From contig CM082577.2 in the NCBI GenBank assembly GCA_040954595.2, positions 2,356,001 through 2,420,000 of the forward strand: DNA of 64,000 bases. The letters run 5' to 3'. Every line of letters begins with the position of its first letter. Within the stretch, counting starts at the first letter, position 1. A program made the translations under genes and the position numbers. Under the pieces are notes generated by a model that searched no databases, was not told where the DNA came from, and saw only the letters and a program-made list of their open reading frames with translations. The stretch is from Balanoglossus misakiensis (taxonomy: Eukaryota > Animalia > Hemichordata). Below, piece after piece: positions 27,401 to 38,194 of the stretch.

Positions 27401-30400
27401 TGTGTGTGACATGTCCAGTGCACATTAATATTGACAATGGAGACCAAATCCTGAACGTCTTATTATTATCGAGTCAATTTTTACCTTGAAATAAAAAAGA
27501 ATCTTGGTTGACATCTCAGAACCCGACGGACAAGCCCTGACATGCAACGTTCTCTACAGTGGGTGTCTGTACAGATTGGCACGGGTCGGCAACGGTTATC
27601 CCTTCGGTCTAACAACACCCCAAACAGTGCTAATTGGTCGATGTGCTATCTAATCAAAGATTTAGAATAAAAAACAACCCCCAAAAAAGTAATTCTTGAC
27701 GAAGAGACCACCTTCCGTCTCACCTGACCGAGTTGTCGAGTATTGAAATGTTGAAGTCCCGTCGCTTCCGGAATACCGCACTGTCGTCGAAATCGTAAAT
27801 GGCAATTCTCACCGTGACGACTATATTAGCTGGCATGCCGAGTTTCAGACGATACACTAATGGACAATGCGCAAAATTAGTCTGAAATCGACGATATGAC
27901 GACACCACAATATCAAGGATTCGCGAGACAAAATTGCAATGTTTTTTTTTCTACGTCATGTTTGCCACGTCAGCATAAGACGTGTTCCAAACGATTCGCT
28001 GACATCATGCATCTTTCATTTGTGGTCTAAAACCACCATCTCATTCACAGGCAGTCGAGAAAAAAACAATTCGTACAAACGGAGATTCCTTCGATTCTAA
28101 CTCAATTTATACCCAGTTGAGGGAAGTTGTTAATTTTGAAGTTTTGATTGTCCACCAAAGAGAATCTTACTAGAAGCCTTGGTTAATTTCTTTTTTTTTT
28201 CTTTGCTATGGCCAATGTCAAAATGTTCACGAACTTGCAGGACGCCATGGACTCATTCTTCGGTCAATTAATCGACGTGCAGCTCACGAGAGTTGAAAGC
28301 CATCGTGTCGGCAAATCGCGAAACCGAACCAACGCTCCCCTTTTGTACAGAACAGACACGAATGCTGAACGATTCCATTTTTTCTATCGAGGTTATGCGT
28401 TCATCGCCCGCCATTTGGGACAAAGACGGGAAGTTGTCCCCATAAACACATTCCAGTCAGCCCCAAAAAATGCGACGACGATGACCCTTCAATATTAGCA
28501 AAGCGCCGATATATTTATGATCAAATTATAGTTCCATTCTTTGATGGGCAGTGGATCCTGAGCAAAATGCAGTCAAGGGCGAATATTACAGGTTCATAAT
28601 ATTGTGCTACCGATTGCATGTAAATAGTAGTATACAGGAATTTTATCATACGAATATACTTCATCGCCAGAAAACTTACCGACGTTAATTGATGACTGAT
28701 TTTTGTCTGTCTTTTGATGGCCCCAATTTTGCTTGTATTAACTATTTTGTCCTTCGTAGTAGTACTAACTATGGGAATAAACTTACACTCCTGCTAGTAA
28801 AATTTCACGAGGGATTTCGAATTGGACATCGTTGGTCGATCAAACTCAAATTTCAACTGTGTTGGCCATCGTCTGCCTTGTCAAATTCAACCACTGTGTT
28901 TTGCGGGAACTCGAGACTAAAGCTAACCCAAAGTTCTACCCACAGTTATCTGTACAATTCACCGTGGAAACATCATTTGGCGCGATCCGTGATAATTTCA
29001 AATGTGACGTAAGATTGATCATTAATTGATAGCGATTGGGTCCTTTTCCTGTAGGCCCAATTATAAGTACTTGAGTAGCCATTTTTTGAATTCTGGACTT
29101 GCCAGCCTTTAATCATGTTAAATAAGTGGCGCGTTTATTTAAAAAAAAAAGAAATTTCAAAGAAACGTCACCTTTGTGTTTTAATGGGTCGTCGTCAGCA
29201 CCTGCAGTTTGGTGAATCATTGTCAGAAGCAAAAAATAATACGATGAAAAACAAATACTTCTCAAGGCAGGTGTATCCATATATCAAATGATATTTAGTA
29301 ATTTCCAATCGAGGCTAGTTTCAAAAAAATATGGTAAATCTGAAATTAGGTAATCCTTTCTCCATTTTATTCGACAAGAATTATTTGAGACACCGACCCA
29401 CAGTAATAAAGCCATAACTTGCGTCGAAGTGGAGTTGAAAAGTTGGGCAACGCCCTAACCCCTTGAACTAGTGCCTGGATTGACTTTATTGTTCTGACTA
29501 TTAATACTTTTGATAATGCTCAGCAAGATTCCCCTGCAAAGATAATTATACTACGCGAAAATATCCAACGCCAGCCTCACACCTTGTACCTGACGGACAA
29601 TACCAGTAATAACAGATAATTCAAAATATTTGAATGAAAAATATTAAAAGTTGGAGCACATGCGCATTCCACCTTTTCAATCAAGATTGGAGATTTCACA
29701 CAAATGTATACGCCCTAAAAACAGAGATCTGGTGGAGTTTTTCGTCTAGAAGAAATCAACAGTGCGCACGTTTTTTCGCATTTTAGATGAGCGATATTAT
29801 CGCAGTTGTATGATGGATCGTTCAAATCTCAAGCAGTGTGTACTGGACTTGAAGACGCACCCAAACGAAAATTTGTAAAAAAAAATGTGTCGACACCCAT
29901 GTATTGGAGACGACACACAAACTTCATACATACTCAAAGTCTGTCCAAAATGTGTCAAACGGCTCTTTTGATATCGTCTGCGGAACCATATTATATGTTC
30001 TGAAGAAATGTGTGCATGTTTTCGAAGCATTTTACTTGGATCTTACCTCGATCTGCGAAAACCACGAGTCAAAATGGCCCCATGGCTCAGCCCATTCAAT
30101 GTAGTAGGGGGTCTGGCGAGTCTTGCAGGGTCCTGGGAAAAGATATTGGCGTGGAGCCGTGCTTGTATGTTCGCTGCTTCTCCACTCACGCATCATACCG
30201 ATCGTCTGATAGCTTGTGATTGGTTAGCTGAAAATGGATTACAATATACCTTACAACAAAATTAGGCAAACATAGATGGAATTTTTAGGTGCAAAATGAG
30301 ATTGCGACATAAGGCAAATATTCCATTCCGAAAGGGGGTGTGGAGAAAAGTCAAACTGCAAGAGAAAAATGAAATCTTTAACCCAATGAGATTTCATTCC

Positions 30401-32283
30401 ATTGTATATCCCATTGCCTGCCCGGAGTTTTAAGTAATTTTCATTTGCAGAATGACTGAAGACCAAGTACATGTAACAGAATTTAAAGGTCATTGCTGTT
30501 ACAGTTCTCAAAGACTGAGGACAATTTTTCCTTCAAGTCACCACAGCTAGTTCGAGTCTGTTTTTCTTCGAAAATTATGCTTGTGGAGGGAAAGTGCGAT
30601 GTGGAACTTATACAGTCATTTATAAACACAAAGGTGGACATCAAAGTTTAACAAAAATGGCGTCGTCAAAACGACTTCACGACGAAAATGGACGTCACTT
30701 TATGGTAGGTCTGTGTCATAATAAAAATATGACGATACCCACATTCTGCTTTTGCAGATAAAATTGATAAGTCGTTCATTTTCGGTCATCTAGATTATCT
30801 GTCTTTTGGCAGAAGTGTGAAATGACACTTGCATTGTATTAAACATTCAAATGAAGCGACGTTGAAAATTCAACAATCCAAATGTGGCTTGTAAGAAATT
30901 AAATGTAGTGTTCAACTTCGGTCACGTGTTCTGTGTATTTTCCCATCGAGAAAAACGCGTCTGAGGCGAGGAGACGGGGAATGTTTGTTTGATTCCCGAC
31001 GGGAAAACTGCGAAAAACAGAGCCTAAGGCCTCCGTTTGAAATGTAATCCCTGACGCCATCTTTGTCAAGGGGGAGGGGGGGGGTCATCACCTGTGGAGA
31101 ATCACTCTTGTGTCCATCTTCGTTCGAATGTATTGCGAGAGATTTCGGCAGAAAAATGCGTTTGTTGCCACCACAACATATAGGTCCCGCGCAGTTCACG
31201 AATAAAGAGTGTCACGACAAAGTCGCTGGTTCCTCAGGCTGGACCACGCGTTAGATGTGAGGGTCATATCCATTGGTTTGGCAGTCAAAAATGTGCCTTA
31301 CGCCCGGAGTCCGCGACGACGAGCGAGAAAAGAGGGATTTGGCAAAGAAGCACTCGATTGCATGTACATGTCAAGAGAAGTGTCCTGGTCACAGGGCAAA
31401 TATCGATTTCGTCAGATGAACGCAACAAGCAGCTTATAGAAAAGATGGCGGGAATTCCCCAAAACCGCGAATCAAATTTGATATTGATACCTAATAGTTA
31501 AGAAAGTGGTTTCCCAAACGGATAAAAGTCTTCACGTGTAATAACGAATTTCTGCCAACATGATAAACTGTATGTCCAAACTCACACAATTTTGAAACAG
31601 TTCTACTGAATAAAAAACACATTTTGAAAATAAGAGGTTTATGCACGCGACTGACTTACTGAACGTCTACCAAGTATCTATGTTGTCATGTGTATTTTTG
31701 CAAACTTACGTCATATTTGTGAACTTAAGGCGTGTCTGACGTCATGGTGACGTCAGCCTGGAATGTCACTTTTTCTCAGAACTGAGGATTCCAAAAAGTG
31801 AACGGAAAAAGCGGCAGTTGTATTTGACTTCCCTCTTGATTTTTTACAACACAAAATGTTACCAGACATGACGCCACATATAAATGACCCTTTGACTTTT
31901 GGTTTAAATATTCCTTGCGTACATAATATTCCAACGTTTTGCAATTCTCGAGAATCAGCTCGTTCTCGTTAAAAGACGAACTATGGGAAACAAAGGTTAT
32001 ACAACCTGCCGGAAATTTACCATCGCCGATAAAGAATGAGTACGACACGAGCGTGTCGCAAAAAGAGATATTAGAGTGCAGATTCCCGATATGCGACCTA
32101 CTTGGCAAGCCAGGGAAAACCCCCCACAAGTCACACAGTTGAAACCAAGCAACCCTTGAGGATTTAACTCATTAATATTCGACGCGATCGGAAAATAATA
32201 ACAATACAAAAGTTGCGATTCGAAAAGAATGCTATTAAGGAAAGTTTTTTCTTTACCCGAAGGTGTACTTCATGGACATGAAA

Positions 32284-32343
32284 CTCTCTCTCTCTCTCTC
32301 TCTCTCTCCCCTCTCTCTCTCTCCCCCCCCCTCTCTCTCTCTC
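32284..32343. repeat. (CT)n microsatellite, interrupted by C runs
   Basis: Directly visible. Confidence 0.95.
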
Positions 32344-32975
32344 CATCGCACAAATACAAATTGAGTGCTAAATTCAGAATTACGTTATCTTACCTATTTT
32401 AGTATTTTAGTTTTCTTCTCCGTCCATCCGAAATTATTCCATTTGGGGGAAACACAAGTACTCGGGATCAGCTAAGCTAACAAACGTCGACAAATATCCA
32501 GCAACGGCACGAATAATTGATTCCCATCCGAGTGTTCAACCATCTACAAAAGTTGGTGGATAATATTTTCTGTTATATCAATGTGTCTATACTTATGAGG
32601 AAAATATGAGTCAGACGTCAGAAAACCGGCTCTAGATTTCAAATCTAGAATGACTCACTGAGACATGCGGATGCAAAAAATTACAGCCTAAAAACCGTGA
32701 CGTAGAGTAAAAACGTGTTGTTTTTCCTCGTGTCTCGATGACCATGAGTCAAGCGTTCCAGTCAAGTTCCTGCATCGTGAACAGAAAACCCCCTCGACGT
32801 CATTGGTGTTTTTTCACTTGTTAGTTAGAGTCACCACGGCAACAGATAAAAACCCTCGATTTTGCAACACTGCAATGTCCCAGGACCCCCAAAAATATTT
32901 AAGTCAAACATGTTTGGTGATCGAATGTGTCAAGTTCCTTGCAGTGGGCGTCATTTACAAGAAGGTATACATGAA

Positions 32976-33044
<69 letters not shown>
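32976..33044. repeat. (TGT)n microsatellite, ~23 units
   Basis: Directly visible; explains the poly-V and poly-C ORFs at 32803 and 32862. Confidence 0.97.
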
Positions 33045-34413
33045 CATAGAAACAACCTATAAGAATGCCCTTACACCAAATTCCAAGATTCGAAAACAGC
33101 TAGAATGCGAGGAAGGCCATGGTATCCACACCAGACATTCAACACAGGCCGCTACTTGTTCTGTAATATGCCACTGTTTTCGAATGATATTGAAAGAGTA
33201 TACATTCTGTTTCAGACCTATGTAGGTTGCAAGTATCGTTTTCAGATGAAGGTGTTGGGTCTGACAAGCAATACAACATTGCAACAGACACTATAGGGTA
33301 TTAATGCTATCAGTCAAAATAATTACTCTTCCCTAGTAAAGCCTCTCGCCTTTTTAGAACTCCACCCCTTTCCAGCTATTTCAAAACCTCTTCATCGAAC
33401 CGGCTTCCTCTGAAGGGTTGGCGGCTCTGGGAATCAAAGGAATTCTTACCGCGCACTCAGGGATTTCTTTAAATGAAATACTTTTTACAAAACCAGGACA
33501 GGTTCACGGAGCTCGAACCCTCAGGAATTAGTCATTCGTTTGTTCGCTGTACTCTACTCAAGTCATGATCCATTCCGTTCGCCGAAGGAGTGCCATTCAC
33601 AATGCTCCCGCCCCCAGGTCCGTGAGTGTGGTCCTCGATTTTAGTGGCCATGGTCAGCGGGGAGGGGAGGGGGTCCCAAGAGGTATACGTCAGTCGGCTT
33701 TGAAAACACCCGGCGAATACTAGCCCCCCCCCCCTGCACACTTCAAATTCGAACCAAAATAATCAGAATAGACTCTGCCGAGTCGTGTGATTGTGTTACA
33801 TATAGACCAATATTTATCAGGCTATTAGTCCCTCCAGACCACTCCCCACCAATGTGCAAGTCCGGTGCTATGACACGGAATAAAATAATATAAAAGATAG
33901 CCCACAAAAATGATAGCGCTGCACTACTCGTGAACTTTGAACTCAAAGGGACACGTGTGGTAAAACGACCTGTTTTCCTCTTTCTAAAAACTGACGGGTA
34001 TGAGTAAAACGTGGTGTGAAAAACGCCACATTTTGAGGGATTGAAAAGAGGGACTCTGGTTAAAAAAATATCCAGCACATTCTCAATCTTCCAGACCCCC
34101 AAGGTATCAAATGTTCACCCAGACAAACAAATGGGTCATGTTTTGACCGGGCAACGCGAATGAATGTTTTCGTACGTGTAACTAAAAGAGGGTCGAGGCC
34201 GGAGGAAAAAATGTTTAAAAACTGATCAGATTCAATATTGAAAAGGGTCCGCGTAAACCTCCAGGGGGGGGGGGGGTGGCTTGATCACACCTGAGCATAG
34301 TTTATGCGGAAATATAGTTGATTGGTCACGTGATACGCATCGAATATTAAAAACCAAAGGGAAAGAATCTAACGTATATCTGTACATGAAGCTGTCAGCG
34401 TCTCATTTCAGTG

Positions 34414-34416
<3 letters not shown>

Positions 34417-34446
<30 letters not shown>
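34417..34446. repeat. (AT)15 microsatellite
   Basis: Directly visible. Confidence 0.95.
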
Positions 34447-34449
<3 letters not shown>

Positions 34450-36237
34450 TACGGAAACATCCTGATCAAATCTAAAAATTCTCTGATACAAATTTAAAAA
34501 ATCATCGATCACCATGTACGTACCTGTCATCCGCATGGATGCCGGCGAGAAATTGACAGAGTCCGTTGCGGGCGGAAAATCTTGTTTATAGGGGGTGATA
34601 TACGCTTGTTTACTCTGTGCGCTCCCCTTTCCAAGTAAAAATAAGTGCATTCGGGTTATTTTTCTATGGACTTTGGAAATTACGAAACTTTTTCCTGGTT
34701 CAAGAAGTGTGTCGCGCTGCAGCCTTGACAAACACGCCCTCGTTGATTAGGCCTACTATCAGAACGGTGAGAGGTCACGGAATTAGATTTTTCCTCTTAT
34801 TCTCTGATTTTCAATGTTCGCTTTGTCAAATCTACCGTTCATAGGATTATCATTTGTGCATTCATTCAGTTTTAAAGACAATTTCGCAAGGGGAAAAAGA
34901 TATAAAATTTGTATTTATACAATGGTTTTAAAGGGGTACATTTACCCCTCCGCCATCGACAAGTCGCGTTGCGAGGTGTGTTCGCTCACGTCACGGCCGT
35001 CGTCAAGCCGACAGGGATGCGGACATAAAAGGGGGTTTCCCCTCTCGCGCCCGGAAATGCTGTTTTTCTTTTCATGCGCGCATCGACCCCTTCGACACAG
35101 CGCGACACACTTGCTTGTGTTTCCGTCCGCGATCGCCTCGAATGTCGGTCGGCACGTAACACGGATGTGCCGAAGTCACGATGGAAGAAGAATCTGCCCG
35201 TGCGCATGCTCAGTCAGTCAAGCTCATAATCAGGTCGCTATTTGACGCGACGCCGACCCGGAGAACGGGCATTGTGTGGGTGTTCTCGGATGGGTCGATA
35301 GTTTACAAATAATAGGTCACTTGCGGACGGATGCATCTTCAATACGACGGACGATATTGATATAATAAATCATATTCTTTACAAACCCTACCCCGGATTT
35401 CACGCGTTTGTGTGGGTCGAAAATCCGTATACATGTACATATTCGGATCTTTCCCTTTACATCGCGCAAGGACCTCGACCATGCCGGTGTTCGAATCGCA
35501 CATTTTCTAAACTTTATCCATTGGAAAGTTTGTCGCACAAATCGAACCCGAAACAACACAACACAAGTACAGTACGTGGTGGCCGCGGTGTTATGTTATC
35601 AAAAGTTACATTAGGCCTAATTAAAGTAAAACATTTCATGTTCCTTAAGTTTTTAATTTCCTTGTTCCATGCTAAAGAAACGCCGAGTGACTCATTTAAT
35701 AATTAGAAAACGTGACCGAAACACATGTGTATTTTTTGTCTTGTTTCCGAATCAGAAGAGGACGCGGAACGTTTCGTTCATTGCTCCTGACTGATGACAT
35801 CATAATACTTTTAATAACAACCTTACTTTACCTTTCTTGCGAATGATTGCATAATAGAGACATGCGTTTCAAGATTAGATCAAGATGATACTACGGTCAC
35901 GTAGGAATCCTTATAAATCATGAGCGCGTGACAGGGAAAAAATACCAGTAAAATGATAGAGAGATTATAGCCGGCAATTTCGCGCGTTGTGCTTATATAA
36001 TAGAATCGGATCTGATTCCAACGAAAAATCTTTTCCTTGTAAAATTTGTTCCTTGTACAAAGTGCTCGGAGTAGCACGTACTTAATTGAAAATTAAGATA
36101 AGTTTTAGTCATTTGAATCAGCCGATGTTATGGCTGCGCGCCACATAGGGTATATACGTTTGATGTTTTTCATTAGATATACTGATAAAAGAATGGGATT
36201 GAATATTTTTCAGTAACAATTTACGGAGTCTACTTAC

Positions 36238-36279
36238 CATTTGTGTGATTCTGAAAGGCACGGCATGGTCAGTGTACAC
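36238..36279 (-). other. candidate 42-nt internal exon of an unidentified minus-strand transcript
   Basis: Acceptor cttgtttcatttcag| and donor ATG|gtaagta are both near-consensus. No homology recognised. Confidence 0.3.
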
Positions 36280-36891
36280 CTGAAATGAAACAAGGATACC
36301 GAGTATATGTGATTAAACCCGGACAGTGTACATTGTATCTCGCTTCGTATGACGTCAAATGGGTTGGACACATGTGTAATGTCACCGACAACATCGTATA
36401 CACCGAGTATGTTATTCTCGGAAAGCTGTATCATTCAGTCCTCGCCAATTTCGTTACGTTGTTTTAGAAACGACTGTTCCGATGACTTTTTTTCTCGGTG
36501 TCTGTGGTCCGACCTTAATATGATCTCGATGGAGGTTGACTTGGATGCCAAAGAACTTCATACCGCGGACAACACAATATGACACATTTTGAGTCTTTCA
36601 GCGAAAAACGAGGATGCGACGTCATCGTGACAAACTCTGGGGAGGAGGGGGGGGGCGGAGATATCAGTTTGAAATGTTCAAAGTTTAGTGCGATAACCTT
36701 TGCCCTCTCCACGATGGGGGAAAAGATTTACAAATGTGCCGAACATTTGCTAAACGAAGAAGCGAAGTGTCTTCGATAAGAAAGTGCAAGATGTCCAGTA
36801 CGTTCATCCCGAGAGCATGTGGTACAGCCACTCCACATCCCCGACCTAAGAACAATTAATTCCCAACGGGAAAACTTGAATAACCGCTTAC

Positions 36892-36931
36892 CTGTTACAG
36901 TGAGGTGACCGTTGGCTCCATTAGTCGCCAT
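36892..36931 (-). other. candidate first exon (MATNGANGHLTVT, phase-1 donor) of an unidentified minus-strand gene
   Basis: ataATGGCG start context followed by consensus donor CAG|GTAAGC, in CpG-rich DNA just beyond the PARN 3' end. Confidence 0.35.
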
Positions 36932-38194
36932 TATCCTCTCAGAACACTACAGGTCTTGTCGTGAGGATATTATCGCGAACAACGTTTGTCATTTACTCGG
37001 ACCAGGACGGGTCGTCTCCGGGGATTGCCCTGGTCGATCCCTTCTCATCTGAAATTCTTTCTTCGTTATTTTTCTCTTTCTTTCCTTTTATATGTTAAAC
37101 CTAACGAGTACAAAGATTTCCTGCTCAATAAAACAAATCTTTTTCACTTTTTATTTTATATGTAGGATGTTGACCCCAACTGCTGACCCTCGCCTCCACT
37201 CAATCCATATCTATAATGTAGGCCCATATTAAACCACATTTTCTTAGATACAATCACGTTTCAAATTTCAAAGAAAAAAGAATGGTGTTTATTTTCGCTA
37301 GTTTACATAGGACAAAATGTGGGCAGGCAAGATTACAAGCTGCTTTCCAGCCTATCAATGATCAATTCTCCATGAGATTTTATTTATTACTGAATTGCAA
37401 ACACAATAAACTGAGAAAAACTTTAGATGTCACCCAGAATTGGAGGAGATATACAGCCTGGAAATGGTTTTATAGGATACTTATATCAGTGCTCATAATT
37501 TAGAGATTATTCACAGACATAACTAAATGTACTTTTGAAAATGTATAAATATACAAAAACATAACAGCTATACACAAACTATTTTTACTTGAAGTCTACA
37601 AGTATAAGCAAGGTTACACTTCAGAGAGATACATAATTTCTTTTTACTCCAAACTGCAATATATCTTTTTTTAAAGTTGACTTGCAAATGTTTTGATTGT
37701 AAGCATCTATAACAAAAATTGGTCAAATTAGACACATTTCAATAGGCCATACTGGATAACAGCACACGTCTGTTACCCTGCGAGTCTTACCAGAGACAGT
37801 CATACTCGAGGTCAAAGGTCACTAAAAACAGATGTCTGTTGTTGTCCAACTATGGCAAATGGCAGATGTGTTTATTAAGTGTGTTATCCATGCACAATAA
37901 ATTGTTTGACAATTATTCTGCTTTATGCATCCCTGTTTTTTTTTTTACAGAATGGACGAGCCCGGATGAAGCTTGGAGCTTCCAAGAAATCAGACACAAG
38001 AGCTGATTAAAGGGAGAACTGGACCTGATCTTCTGTTTCTAACAAGCAGTTCTGTTCTACAGATTAAGGTTCTATTGTTAATATGCCCATTTTATTGATA
38101 GAGAGACTCTTGCCCAAAACATCTCCAATCAAGGCAGTGATATCACTCAGACAGATTCACATGATGTGAGAGTTTCTTTCCAAATTTATTCCAA

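Larger units (their letters stand above)
24700..37050. promoter_or_regulatory. CpG-rich putative regulatory block with clustered CRE/ATF, AP-1, kappaB-like and E-box motifs
   Basis: TGACGTCA at 26081, 27093, 31737, 31748, 36350. TGA(C/G)TCA at 32607, 32651, 32745, 35688. kappaB-like GGGGAATCCCC 24758, GGGAATTCCC 31450, GGGAAAACCC 32113, GGGGTTTCCCC 35032. No recognisable protein in any frame. Function is inferred from motifs only. Confidence 0.5.

Noticed and set aside
29453-29461. CCCTAACCC as a possible telomerase RNA template
   Set aside because: A 9-mer permutation is expected by chance in this much sequence; no pseudoknot or H/ACA domain recognised.
32416-32426. 11-nt match to the miR-184 5' end on the minus strand
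   Set aside because: 3' half diverges and there is no hairpin.
33063-33086. AATGCCC seed resembling miR-365/Mir-193-P2 (also on minus at ~35267); the miR-193b/365 cluster flanks PARN in human
   Set aside because: No complementary arm forms a precursor. At 35267 the seed falls in the loop. No miR-193 seed hairpin was seen in 24.4-37 kb.
24904-36779. Short 60-140 aa ORFs in the intergenic block (e.g. 24989, 28208, 31939, 34814)
   Set aside because: No recognisable domain, they overlap on both strands, and many start at non-ATG codons. A BLASTX search would be needed to exclude decayed transposon fragments.
37809-37821. Perfect DR1 nuclear-receptor element AGGTCAAAGGTCA (similar motifs near 46287 and 59535)
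   Set aside because: TGACCTTTGACC-type motifs are common and dispersed in many invertebrate genomes; nothing indicates a specific function here.
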